A DNA stretch of 64,000 nucleotides, taken from NCBI GenBank assembly GCA_046563655.1, contig CM102283.1, forward strand, positions 1,612,001 through 1,676,000, read 5' to 3'. The position numbers and the translations under genes are program-made. Shown in pieces: positions 48,514-62,400 of the stretch. The notes beneath the pieces were generated by a model, which was given only the letters and a program-made list of their open reading frames with translations, did no database searches and had not been told where the DNA came from. This stretch comes from Yuukianura sp. NJ FZ-2021. Its lineage: Eukaryota. The first letter of the stretch is position 1, and every line of letters begins with the position of its first letter.

Positions 48514-48959
48514 TGAAAATTTAATACGATTTGAGTGATTTCGTTTCCCAAAAAGTTGAATTCGTACATCAAAATGGTTTGGTCCAGAAAAAAGGAATTC
48601 CACATCAAAAATTTAAATTTTAGCAATATTTCTTCTTGATTTCAAAGAAACTTTCTCCTGTTCTTTTTTCAATTCCATATTCAAAGAAATATTGTTTGAT
48701 CGTACAATTTCAAACGACTCAGCAAAAAAAAACACAAAACAAAAGTCAAGAACACACAAACGAATTTCAAAAGCCATACTTTCTAAATTTAAACTTCCAG
48801 TTAGTAGTTACTCCCGCCGGGATGAATATTGGAATTTTTTACTGTTTACTTCCACCACTTTTTTTTTCAAGTGTAGTTTAAAAGAAGCTCCTCAAATTAA
48901 ATTCTATTGAATGAATTAATTGTTACCGAATTCTAGTTGTTTCGGGTAAATACAGTGTT

Positions 48960-49415
48960 TACTGTATAGTTACTCCCACAAAAATATAGTTTTCTTTCAT
49001 ATTTAAATTGTTCTCAATAGTTCCTCCCGTCAAATGCAAATTTTCTGTTCACTCCAACAGTTACTGACTCAGTAGTCCCACCAAAACCCAATTCCACTCT
49101 TTTTAAGTCAAACTTTACTAAATAGTTACTCCCTCCAAAATTTGCTTCTTAAATTCACTGCTTACTGAATAGTTACTTCCGCCAAAATCTAGCTTCCTTC
49201 ACCTAGGTCAACAGTTACTCCCTCTACAATTCAGCTTTTTTTATCCTGGGTCAATAGTTACTCTCTCTACGGTCTAGCTTCTTTTAACCTTGGTTAATAG
49301 TTACTCCCTTGACAATCTAGATTTTTTCCCCTTAGGTCAATAGTTACTCCCTCTACATTCTACAATCTAGTTTTTTCTTGAATTCAGTTCTTACGGAATA
49401 GTTACTCCCACCAAC
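48960..49415. repeat. Degenerate ~42-bp tandem repeat with core AATAGTTACTCCC
   Basis: About 10 copies of (A)ATAGTTACTCCC, the clearest at roughly 42-bp spacing between 49168 and 49350. Confidence 0.75.
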
Positions 49416-50871
49416 TTCGTCTTCACCATAACTCTTGTCTGCGTTGGAGAAAGTAGCACCACAAGTCCAAATGTTGTCCACCCCCAAGAACACGTCATTG
49501 TGGAATTCAAAATTCGTAAAAGAACCGCGCCGAAGTTGCCACAGACGTGACAACCTCTTGGGCCCACAACTTCCAAACTTTCGAAAGAATGGAGACTGGA
49601 AGTGCGGGAAGTTCAAATTCAAATTTTGAATGGAAAAGTCACTGTTCATTGTTCCGTGTCTCCAACAATCAGTTTGTCAGTCGAGTGGAAATCTATTGTT
49701 GTCACTTTTTAAAAACGATTCTTTTTGTGCTCTTCTCCATTCTTGCTCAAAAACAAAAGTGAGAATGAAAACCTACTTTTGGTTTTTTCGTACGAGAAAA
49801 TGAAAACCTTTGGCACTGGGAATAGATAATCAAATTTTCCCACTTTGGTCAAACAACATTAACACATCTGACTTAACTCAACTATTGTTATTGAAACTTC
49901 TCTCACAATTAAAGTTAAAAATTTATTTGCACAAATCAAAAGTGTGATCATTAGACGTTGATGCAAGAAATTATAACACATTTCTCTCATGGCCTGTTAC
50001 AAAGCAAATAAACAAATCAAAATGTGACTAAGAATTTTGATAAGTTTTTCACAAACATTCCTTCAAAAATTTCCTGAAAGTTGAGCGTCGGCACGATTTC
50101 ACAAAAAAACATTCGATTTGAGAACTAAGAAATATTTTTGATTCAAAATGGGTTCGAGTTTGCTCAAATATTTTCTAACTTCACAAGAATCTTGAGTGAA
50201 GTGATTTTTTTCCCGGATGTTTCAAATTGTGTATTTAGCTCATTTTTTTCCCAAATTTTTTCATGTTGATGGAAAATGTAAACTGATTTTAAATTATTAA
50301 GTTCAAACAACTGGAAACGTGTCATGGTTCGTTAACCTGATGAGTTTGCTGCGTAAAAACTATAAATGATGTAAGAAAAAAAATTTTCAACGTTAAATGT
50401 TTAATTTTTCTACTTGTTTCATTTTTCTTACCTCAAAACGGAAGAATGTAATAGTTTGAAATTTGTAAATTTTAAGTTCAGAGTATTTGGAAACCAAAAC
50501 TTTTGCCATTCCGGGTAAATCTTGCTGAAATAATGAGATGATCAAAGCAAGATTAATCAGTGCCCGGCGGGAATTTCCCAATTTTCAAAAAAGTTCAAAA
50601 ACTTTCCAATTTTACCTCTCCTCGTTTCTAGAAATGAAGATGAATGAAGACGATCAGTTAGGAGCTAAAGTCTCTCCTGGGAATTCTTCTACTCTTTTTC
50701 ATTCTTTTTCATTTTCAGAAATTAGCAGAAAAACTTTCACTTCCGCACCCTACCGGATACGGACAGAATTCACAAAAATGAAAGAAAAACTTTCGCAAAA
50801 CGCAGTAAAACTTTTTAGTGGCTGCTGAAATCTTAATATTTATTCGCACGGTTTCTCACGACAGATTTTGT

Positions 50872-51072
50872 TCAAGGTCATTGACATCAAACACCGCAAG
50901 CCAAAATGCCAAGGTCATTGACCTCAAGCAACAAACCTTACATGTCAAGGTCATTGACCTCAAGCAACAAACCTTACATGTCAAGGTCATTGACCTCAAG
51001 CAACACACCTTACATGTCAAGGTCATTGACCTCAAACACCAAACCTTACATGTCAAGGTCATTGACCTCAAA
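50872..51072. repeat. 36-bp tandem repeat (~5.5 units) carrying AGGTCATTGACCT palindromes
   Basis: Unit AAGGTCATTGACCTCAAGCAACAAACCTTACATGTC; palindromes start at 50875 (one mismatch), 50912, 50948, 50984, 51020 and 51056. Confidence 0.95.
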
Positions 51073-54000
51073 GAATAACGCATTTTATTGAACCTTAAGG
51101 TTAACGAGCTCCTTCCCAAAATCTTCAACTTTGAAAAGTGTCGGTGTAATTTGCCCGTTTTGTGGAAAAATGAACTAATTTTTTTGAGTTTGAAGAAAGT
51201 ATGACTAATGACCTGAAAGTTTTGCGGGAGAAAAAATTGAAAAGCGCCGGCGTTGCGGCTAGCAAGGAGGAAATTATGAATTCATAGTACGTTTTGGAAA
51301 TGCCAACTGCTGACATTTCTGGGTTGTCTACAATAATCGACTCTCCATATCGCTTATCCCGTTAGGCTCTTAACTTAATTTCCTTAGCATCTAATACTTC
51401 ACGTGTTGGGCATAAGAGTTTTAACATGGAAAACCAGAACACAAAGGAACATTACGATTTCAATCTATTCTGCAGCACGTCTGCGTTCCTTCACAAATCT
51501 TTCCAATTTAGGTATCAACCCAAAATGGAATATTTTTTATAAAGCGGACGCAAGAGAGTAGCACAAGTTTTAAATTCGTTAGTAACTCTTCTGTGGTAAC
51601 TTTTATTTTACGCAAACTCAATTCCATTTCTTGTTACCTTCACCTTATCTTAACAAAGCCGTTTATTGCACATAATATGCAATGCCCATCTTCAAAAATA
51701 TTTCAAAAGTTAAGCTTTAGGTCTTAAATGAAGCACTTGTGTAATTTTAATATTTACTTTTATGGCAGACTAACTTTGCTAATCAGGAGACAAAATTAAA
51801 CCAAAACAGACAAAAGTCAGACGGACATCGAGGGATTCATTCTTGTAAAATAAAGTTGGACGGAGTTACTAGTATAAAAACGGACAAACGGGCATGTACA
51901 CGTTATAAAAAAGTGTGAGTGATGCTAAACAGTTCCTGCGTGGCACTTATACAGGTTATGCATAAACATGCATAGTTCACGGCTGACTAACATGCAGGCA
52001 GAGACGGACAGACGGACAGAGTGAAACTATGAAGTAGCTTCACGAATTACCAAAACTCCCAGACCTCAAGCAGCAGAAGCCTTTTTGAGACTCTGGACTG
52101 TTTCCGCCACTGTTTGAGAAAATTACACTAATAAAATCCAGTGCTCTGGAACACAAACTTTGCGGTAGAAAATATTATATTAGAGCCAGAGCGACTAAAA
52201 TGTACATCTAAGAATTGGAAAAGCTCTAGAAGAGGAAAGGCGCTTAATAACAAGTCTAAAGAAGTCTGGAACTGGGAATTAGATTTTTTTCTGGCATGAA
52301 TGCCTCACAATGCCCCATTTCCATCATCATCATCATTCCAATTCTCCACTATTTTCCTTAAGCCTTATCCGAACACATACGAAATGGCCATTACTCTAAC
52401 ATAACCTGGTCAAGCCTATTTTCAAACAAAAACTTCCAAATTGGAAAAAACACTGCTGCCCGCACGACAACAAAAACTTTAGTCTGGTTTACGATAAAGA
52501 ATTAATTGATTTTCGTCAAATTTACTATTATTTCTGGAAATTTTAGCACAAAAATATCTAGATTTGTGGAATGACTATAATATTTATAGTCGTCGATTAT
52601 TATAGCACTAGTCGTTTCAAAAGTCTAACAAATGTATAGACTTTTTACGAGCAATGATTGATAGGGGGTTTTAGTACAAATGGAAAGGATTTAGGAGAAA
52701 ATTGATCAAAATAGATCTATAAAAATTTTTTAGACTTTTGAAAGAAAAAGGCGTTACAGAAATCCAAAATTTTGAATGAAATTGACCCCGAAATGGGTTG
52801 GCTTTTAAAGGTCATGAAATTTTTAGATGACCATAGAAAAAATTTCATGTGCTCTAGTTTCTATTGTCGTGTTCTTTTGAGAGTCTAAAGATTTGAAGAA
52901 ACCTTGAATCTCACTTCTTCTTCTTTTCGTTTTTCATTTTTTGCCAAGTCAGGATTCCTTTATTACACGGTTCGTCACGGTGGAAGCTTTTCACAAAAGT
53001 GAAAGCGAACGAGAACTTTCACTTTCTTTTGCTCTTGTGAGTTCGATACCGTTCCAAAAGAATGCTAACCTGACTTTGGCATATAGGTCGGACGGTGAGT
53101 AATGGCAGAAGGGAGTTCCCTTTGTTCATGCATGGAAAACCTAAAATATTACTACTTTTCACGGATTGACGGTTAGTCGGTTGTGTTATGCATTCTAAAA
53201 ATCAAATTAGAAAAACGAAGTTGTGATTAATTTCAACCTTAATTTAGCTGAAACTGATAAGGGGCAAATAGGAACACCAATTTGTGATTACCGTAAAACA
53301 TCTCCTTTGAGTCCCTTCTTAACAAACGCCTCACAAAAATATAAGTTTTTTTTTAAGTTTTTTTTTTTCGCTAAGAAACAAAGCAGCCGGAATTTAGATT
53401 ACCGAAAATGCTCGCCTTCAGGCTCAGTTTCCAATTCTAGAAAAAATGTAAAAGTGTAGGAGCTTATTTTTACCAATTTTTTTTAAAAAGCAAATCCGGA
53501 AAAACGTTATAAGCAATATTTAAAATAAGAAAATTAAAAAGTTTACAACAAAATATTTTGTACATTCTTAAAATAAAAGTATTGAAATTTAAGACCGACG
53601 GTGTTTTTGTACATCACAAAAAGTATGATAGATCGAACGTGAGTTGTATTAGAGGATTTGCGGTACTTCAACAAATTATTTGTACAAACAAATTTTTAGG
53701 CAAGTTTAAGCTATATAAGTGGATTTGTGGTATTTTATGACCTTATAAAAATTACTTAACCCGAGCTCGTGCTATATCTCAGAACTTACGGTATTTTCGC
53801 ACATATGAGAGAAAAACCTTCTGGAGAAGCTTAAGAAACTTAAGAGGCGGGAGTGTTGCTAATCTTGTTGAATTATAGATGAAATCTTCTCTTTTTTCCC
53901 GCCATTCTAAGAAATGTCACCCAACAAAAAAATTCTTCACTCCATCTTCCCTCCATTTTCTGCTCGGAATGATAAAACGTAAAAGAAAAATGAAATAAAA

Positions 54001-57000
54001 AATTCTTTTGAAACTTTGGCGCCAAACACAAAAAGCGGTTCCATGTGCAGTTTGATGGCAGTTTTTCTTCACTGCCACAATGGGATTCCTCCATCTTCCA
54101 TCACATCACCAATTCCAACATCAATCATCTTCAAGACAAAAGACTTTCCAGTACGAGTGGCACTCCGCGAAAATTTGACATTTTTCAAATATGAATGAAA
54201 ATAAAACTAGTGCAAATGAATTTAAATGAACTCAGCGGGAGTTTTAAAATTCAAAATTAAGTTTCTGGGCGAAGAGATTAGTGTGGCGATGAATTTTTAA
54301 TTAAGACGTCAAGCCTCATTTTTTCTTACCTTACTCTTCTGTCCTCACGGATTTAACAAAAACTCACAAAAAGTTACAACTTTCACTTTTCAACTTTTCA
54401 AAACTCGAGGGAAAAAATTTTTACTTTGCGAAGTCTGTCACGCATTTACGCGTTTGGATTCAAAATTTACATTTTTTGATGTCACTAAACTAAGACAAAA
54501 GAGTTGTACAACAAAGAAAAATCTGAGTTTTTTTTTGTGTTTTTAAAAATTTTGCTTTTGCAAGTTGGTGTGAACGGAAGCACGTTTCGCCCGAAATTGA
54601 AAGTTGACAAAAACGGTGAAAGAAAGTTACGTAAGAAGATTTTGTGGAGAAGATGAGCTCGGGAATTTGTTTGACTAATTTGAAATTCAAAATCCTCCAC
54701 AAACTCTTTTGGAGAAAGCCACTAAAGCCTCTGTGGCTTGGACTTTCACCAAAATGAAAATGGAACGTGTAGTAGTGAAGACGGCTGGAATCGAACTGGC
54801 TGCCAAACTTTAACCACCTACAGACACGAAATGGATGAGAAAACCACACCGTAAAGAAATCACTGGCATCTCCTTCAACAACTTTCAGCCATGAGCAGGA
54901 CTCTGGTTGTTTGTTAGCAAAAAGATGCTTCTTGATTTTAAATTTTTTGAAAAGGGACTTTTCCTCTCAAAAAGTTACTTTTTTATACTCAAAAGTCACT
55001 TTTCTTATTGTAAATTTTGAAAATTTGGTTTGGACATGCGACAAGTGTAAACTTGGATTTACATGTCCAATTTGTTCTGATTCGTTCAAGATTAGACAAA
55101 TTTTACTTTCACTTTCCCACTCAACTTTTCCCTCAAAACTAAAAGTCAATTTCCCAAGTTTTCTCATTTCGACACAAACAGAAAAAGTACCAGAAGAGTT
55201 TCACTTTTTTGAAAGCAGTACGCGTCATATCCGAAATACTCAGAGTAGAAAAAAAAAAGTTGGAACTTTTTCAGAAAAAGAAAATCTGGCACGGAAAAAG
55301 TAAAGTAAAAATGAAATTATTCTCAAATTATAAACTTTTTTGAAAACGGATTTTGGACCAAAGCTTTAGACTTTAGAAAAGTTTGAATACAAAATTCAAA
55401 AATTCAATTTTCTTCTTTCCGCTTTTCAAAAAGAGCAGAGAAAAACAGAAAACAAAAATACAGACTTGCCTTATTCGTCATGTGTTCCGGTGGGCCGACG
55501 CGATAGGAAATCCTGTCTTCTAAAAATTTCAAAAAAATCCAGATTTTTCAACCAACATTTTTTCACAAATTTTGGTGTTCATGTTTCTCACGTATACGAT
55601 TTTGACTGACTCATGTTAAGCTAACCTAGTGAACCCCGGCGGCCGTATCGGTTCGATGGTCCACGATCGTAGTCTGGACAACTCGGACAGGAGCATGCGC
55701 AGTGACAATCTTCTGAAAATCAAATTTTCACAAAAAGCACATTTTTCATAAAATAATAACTAAAATCAAAATTTATTTTTAAGGTCAATTCGGAAAAAGA
55801 GTTATATTCTTTTTCCTCTCTTTAAAAAAAGTTTTACTTAAGAAACTGCTTTTCAGTTGATGTATTCAAATAATCCAAAAGCTAAACTTTGCTAAACAAA
55901 CAGGCGCAGAGTAATACCTAGTTTTTGAATGGAAGAGGGCATAAGATTGGTGGAATTTAGACTGGAATTGAGCAAATGTGAAAATAAAGTCAGAGATTGT
56001 CCCAAGTGTGTTTTTAAAAGCAGATATTAAATCCGAGGAGTCTAACCTTCTGTAAGGTCGAAATAGAAATTCCCCGAATTCGGATTTAAGTAGAAGAAAA
56101 AGTGGGAGAAAGTCGTTCAGAACTGTCATAAAAGAATTCCCAAGTGCAGCATAGCCATACACGGAGACTCAAATTTTCAAATTTTCCATTTCATCTAAGG
56201 ACGAATCGAAATTTCAATTTGAAATTTCAATTCAATGGAACTGACAAAATCCGAATTTGATTTGAACCTGGTCGCTGCTTTAATCCTGGACTTAAACAAC
56301 ATTTCAAAATTCCAAATCACAGCACAACTGGAAGTGTCTTGGATTAATTTTGAAATTCACGTTATAGTACAACAATTTTAAGATTCCTTGACATTTTTTT
56401 TCATGCGAAAGACCATTGTATCAAGCTCGGGTTAGTAAAATTGAAGGCAACTTGAGAAAAACTAAAATTTGCAAAACTATAAACATTTTTATCAAAACTT
56501 TTTAAAAAATTACCAGTGTTTGAATAATTTAGTTTTGGTTGTGCATTTGCGTAGTACGGATTTATGTTTTGGTACGTCGGTTCCTCTGCCCAGCCATACA
56601 TATCGCCCGAAGCATTGTTCCAGTACGCCTGTGCAAAAAAATCAAAATTTCAAAAGCATGTATAAGTTTTCAAAATTTTAAAAAATAAACCATTGCAACA
56701 TAACCAGGATTTCTAAAAAACCAGCGAGAAGGCAATATCCGGAAATTCAAAAAATTTGAAGAATAAGATCTCTGGACTTAGTTTTTTGACAAAAATTTTA
56801 CTATCGATTTTTTTGCAACAACGCTTTCAAAATTTTTGTGTTTCTTGAGAAACAAAGAATAGGATGTGCATGCGTAGTAGCAAAATCGTAGTTTTCCATG
56901 TCATCTCCACATTTCTTTTGTGTGCAGGACTTCGCTTTAGCTTTTAAAAATTCCGGTTTGGAGTGAAACAGTTACTTTTTGCAGACTAAAAGTCTCATTT

Positions 57001-58876
57001 CCTTTCCTAATCCTCTCTGCTTCTTAAGTTCCGCTTTTGCATTGTTCACTTCTGCGTTTGTTGGTCAACACAAACTAGAATTTCTCACGACTTGGCCACA
57101 TTTGGACTTGGAAGAAACGAGTTTGTTTCTTGTAGGAAAAAATGAGAAACAAAGGATGATATAGGCTCAATTCATCCCAACCACCGCAAACTACTCGACT
57201 GACCCACTTTCAATAAGATCTTCACAAGATCATGTTCACATCATCCAAGGAAATCACACGTAATAACTAGCCACTCTACCCAACTTTTATACAAAATTCT
57301 TCACTAGTACACATTTTTCATCTTCTTCAACAGTCTGTCAACATTTTGCAATCTGCTACACAATCCTACGCAAAGCGGCTCATCATTTTCAGATTTCCAA
57401 ACATTTACCCTTCTAAAATCTTACGCAGTAAGACAAAGAAGCATTAAAGTTCAAAAACTTGTGATTGCAAAATGAACTTCTGAAATTCTTGAACCCTTTG
57501 AGTTCAAAATTTGAAAAAAAAATGACAAAAATGGTTCTGACAACTAATGTGATGTGATGGAGAGAATGCTAAAACCGTTCCAAATGTATATGAAGTGAAC
57601 TACTTTTTTCATTACATTTGCCAACAAACTTAAACAACAAAACGTTCTATAAAGGTTTACCATCAAGCATAAAAATCTTATCGAACGTTAGCGTGAAAAT
57701 GTTTTTCATGTATTCTGCAACGATTCCAAAGCGCTTTCGGACGATCTTTAACAATACAAAAACGTTTTCGAGCAATGCAAAAAATGGAAGAAAAATGTCC
57801 AGAACGGAGCAAAACCGATGTGTAACGTTAATAATTTTATTTTTTCTACCTGGATTCGTAGTAATTTGAATAGTTAATTGAAATTCAAAATTCATGTTTT
57901 GAAATTTTACCTCCATTCTGGCGTTGATTTGCGGTCGCGTTCGAGCGGACGACGGCGGACCGGTGCGTCCTTTCAAATTCATCTTTTTCATTGAGAGTTC
58001 TCTCAACATATTGCAAAGAATTTTCAATTTTTTTGACACTTCAAGCTCACAAATTTTCAAAACTTTAGAAACAATCAGGGCTAATTTTTTTGCTTTTCGA
58101 CAAACTTCTTTTCCAAAAATGAGTTGACGACTTATTTAGAGAAGAACGCAGCACTTTCACAAAACAGAGGTGTAAAGTGGATTCATGGTTGGTAGGCTTT
58201 TGGTGCTGCTGTTCCACGGAAGAGACGCACAGAAGGAGACATTGAACTTTCCGTTGTTTGACGACGTTTCCTGCTTTTCAATTTCCTTAATTCACCAATT
58301 CCCATTGTTCTCAAGGGAAACTTTTAGGCTTTTTGGAAAAGTCAGTCTTGCTTCAAATCTTCCGCCTCACTTGTATATTTGGAGCACTTTGAACTGTCTC
58401 AACGATTACACGACTCCATTTTCTATGGTTTATGCTTTATTTGTTTTCCTGTTGTTAAGTTAGGCTAGTAAAACTTAGGTTAGGCTAGTTAGGCTAACCC
58501 AGTTAGGTTAACACTGGAACGAGCAACTTAGGTAACATGGCACGTTGTAACTGTTGTAACAACAAACTGACACTGAAGCTCTTTACACTCTTGGTAACCA
58601 GCTCAAGAGAACCTGAATTTTGCAAAGTTAAAGAATTGAGTTGCCACATCACAAGACAATGAATGGCACATTAAAAGTTACCATGAAAAATTGAATTTTC
58701 CCGCCCCCTACCCCCATTCTTGACCCATGACCTTAGGGGGGTAAACTGACCTAGAGAAACCGGGGTGAAGAGAGACAAAGCAAATATGGGGCAAAGTGGG
58801 ACTTTTGTCGTAAATTAATTCGATTTAATGCAAGAAATACCCCGTTTTAAATATTTTGGAAAATGACACATAATCT

Positions 58877-59147
58877 CAAGGTTCTCTGACTTTGATTCTC
58901 TGCAACAGGTTGGGTAATACCTCATGTTTTTTTGATTTTGCAAAAAAAAAGTGTTTTTTTCATTTCAGGGCATCGTAGTCATAGCAATACAACCGAATTT
59001 TTTAAATTTTATATACGAATTGGTTGTATTTTTTCGGATTGGTACTAAAATTGGTATGAATTTTTATCTTTCGTTGTTTTCTGTCAACGCGCGAGGTAGT
59101 ACCCAACCTGTCAAAGAAAATTAACTTTTCGTTGTCAAGGAACCTTA
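58877..59147 (+). mobile_element. CAAGGTT-terminated MITE family, copy 5
   Basis: Same internal blocks as the other copies; TSD CATAATCT/CTTAATCT. Confidence 0.8.
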
Positions 59148-59480
59148 CTTAATCTTTGCTTTAAAAAGTTGAGGTAAATTCTTCAAAAAGTGGCTTATAT
59201 TTATCCAAGTTTTCATATATGCATATGAAATATACTTTTAACAAAGCTACTTTGCGTGTTTAGGTTTAGTCAATTCTGGAGGATCGTGTCTTATTGGTTT
59301 TATATTTTCGACCATTTCGACCTAGCCTGGACTTTGTCAAGGTCAAGAGACGAACGACAGACATAGAAGTTGTTAACGGCATTTCTGCTGTTTTCTTTTT
59401 AATTAAAGTGTACAAGAGGTATTTTTTAAATAAAAGTTTTTGAAACAATTTTGAAGTGGACTGGATGGACGTGCATAGGT

Positions 59481-62400
59481 TTATCCAATTCTCCAGCGAT
59501 CGTGTCTAGGTCTTACAATATTATCGACCAAGCGCGGACAAGGACTGGACCTGTCGAGGTCAACGTCAAGGTCAAACCAAGGGTGAAGGTCCAGCGGGGC
59601 AACTTGGGAACAGGGAACAAGCGGAGATTCCATAAGAAATACGTCACTCTTGACGTCACTCAAAGCGTCACCAGTGGCACAAAGAACGCTGGCCAGGGAA
59701 CTTTGACGGATTTGAACTATTTGGTCTTGGCGAAACATTGTCGGGTTTTCAAACCAGAATCTAAAAAATGTGAAAGAGAAAAAATCGAGTTCAAACAAAA
59801 AAGTTCAAACAAAGTGTTTTTGTTTTTGTTTTTTTGTTTTTTTTTTTTTGGAAATTTTGAAATTTTACCTATCACCGTCACGAAGTCGTTTAAACTGATC
59901 TACCAAAATGCAGCGAAAAGTCGGTCCGACACGAGCGCCCTCTCCGTCTGGCTCTTCCGCGATTCCACCAACCCACAAATCAATGTTGTCAACATGCTTG
60001 TACACTGTTGCCAACTTACGTCTTAGAGTAGCATCTCGAACCTCTGCCTATGCTCAAAAAAGTTAAAGGATTATTTTTTTGAAAATCTGATTTTGCAATT
60101 TTCAGTTTTAAAAGTACCTTCAGATCTTCAAAGGAGTTTGCTCGAGTCAAATTGCAGAGAACTCTGTATTCATTGTACGATGGAATTCCGTGGTCACGGC
60201 CTCTCTGGATATTCATCGCAGCAAGGTCAAGGGCAACAAGGTGCGCATGCGTGAACAGCTCCTCGGTCAAGTGAGAGTTCAGAAGTTGATCGGGCTTACG
60301 CAATTTAGCGGGAGTTACGAACAGGCCACGCATCAAGGGGTCAATGCCCCCTTCCTCCACTAGTCTCCACGGAGAAAAAAATGCTTGGTGCAAAGGGACG
60401 TCCCCTTCAGGGATCGAATCCCAGTTGGCATCGAGTCTGCGCAGTACAGGATTGATCAAGGTGTGGCCGAACCTCAGTGCAGCAGTGGCAAACTCAGTTG
60501 AAATCATCGGGTTTACTAAAAAAACAGTTAAAATTGCAAGAAAAAAAAAGTAATTTTGAAATTTTGTTTTCAAAATTTTGAAATTACCGGTTGGGTCGTA
60601 GCCACGATACTCCCCTAGTTCTGCCATTCCTTTGACGCCAATAACATGTTTTAGCCAGTGATTATACGTTATGTGTTGCATCTGCGCACCGACGATTTTT
60701 CGCGCCTCTTGGAACACGGTTTCCTCCGACCAACGTGAATTTAAAGCACGAAGTTTTGCTGCAAGCACATTGTGCTGCCGAAACCATACGGTATGCATGG
60801 CAAGTAGACCGAGTTGTTCGTTAACTCGAATGTCGCCTCCCAGGAAGCAACCGACGTCCGATTCACGTTGATTTCGACGGCAATCTACTGGTGTTTCGTC
60901 AGTTGCAAACGGCATCAATGGTTTTTCCGGTACCATGTAAATTCCTTTTCGCAAAAACCGCGGTTCGGTTTGACTTTGTAGCGACAGAATTTCCGGTATA
61001 GACGAGCCGTAGACTTGAGATGCGTCGATAAACGCAGTCAGCTGATTGATTTGTTCGCGTTGTTTGAGTCTTGGAGATAGAAGGGAGGTGATACCTGAAC
61101 CACAGACAGAGGCTGATCGTGTGAACTCCATGCAACGACGTGTTCTGACACGGTCATCATTGTCTGGAGCGACCATCGGGAAACATGGAGAAACGTTGGA
61201 ACACGTTCGACGACAACTTATACGTTCTCCAAAAGATTCGACGCTGAGTGAAGGCAGGGCATGGTCAAGGTCATGGTCAAGAAATTGACCCCATTGCATT
61301 AGCATGTGTGTTACGTTTGTATCGGGTGTAACTTCTTCGGTACGTACGATTTCCCGGGAAACTTTCCGTGCTAACGGCTTTGCGACGCCGTTGTACAGTT
61401 TTCCGGGTGTCCAACCTAACAACACAGTAATTATCAATCAATACGCAACATATATACAATTCATAAACATGCGGCATCGAACATATAGAATAATACAGAA
61501 ATAAATTCTTTAGAAATTCTGAGAAATTTCAAAGATTTTAAAACTTTAAAAAAATAGCTTAATACTATTCAGCAACAACACAATCCACTTTTTTATGGGG
61601 GGAAATCACCAGCAGAAACTTTTGAAAAAATCTGCAACGAAAAATTTTTTGCTACGTCGACTTTTTTTTTGCATTGACTTTGTATTTCTGCGATGGCCTT
61701 TTAGTTGCCGCAAAAAGTCGACGTTACAAAAAAATTTTTGTTGCAAATTTTTCGAAAGTTTGTGCTGGTGATATCCCCCCATACTTTTTAGGGTACTTCT
61801 GTAAGATAAGCGCCTCACCAATCGGAAGGTTGAATCCGTTTTCGTAAACCGGATCCAGAAGACGTCGAAATGGTGTATACGCGGATCCAATTAACGGTTC
61901 GTTCGGGTTGTTACATGTGCCGTCAATCGTTCGGTATCGATCGTGATAACACATTTCCAAACTACAATTGTTTCTCGGTTCCTGGTGAGACTTACAGCCA
62001 GAAAATCTGCTCAGCAGGTCCAACTGATCTTCGTTTAGCAAATTGTCATATCGGAACTCACCTGAAATTAATTACATAATGTATGTATTAGCTAAATATT
62101 ATGGTGAAATAATTATTTTATATAACAGAAAAAATCATGATATAAAAAATTATAACATTTCACAAACTATAGTATTGAGACATTTAAAAACTTACTGCTG
62201 AGATTGAAGTGTGTTTTTTCAGCTTGTTTCGAAATGAGTTCGAGAGCTCTCTCGTAAATTTCTGCAGCTCGGGCAAGTTCCCTGCCTCGAGCATTTGGAA
62301 ACCTGACGAGTCGGAATAATTCAAACGGACTTCGAATTCCTAGGCATAAACTTCATTAAAATTGTTATAAATTATAATAAAGTTTGAGTATTTGTTGAGT

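Noticed and set aside
50818-51128. Repetitive ORFs (VKVIDLKQQTLH)n and a CRISPR-like look of the palindromic repeat
   Set aside because: Open frames follow from a 36-bp stop-free unit; spacers are near-identical rather than unique, and the context is eukaryotic.
51780-52050. GACGGACA repeats reminiscent of Helentron/DINE-1-like elements
   Set aside because: Only a few units; no terminal hairpin or inverted repeat could be delimited.
27412-59481. Functional clustering of H2O2-producing oxidases with H2O2-consuming peroxidasin
   Set aside because: They are 32 kb apart with two unrelated genes between; proximity alone is not evidence in an animal genome.
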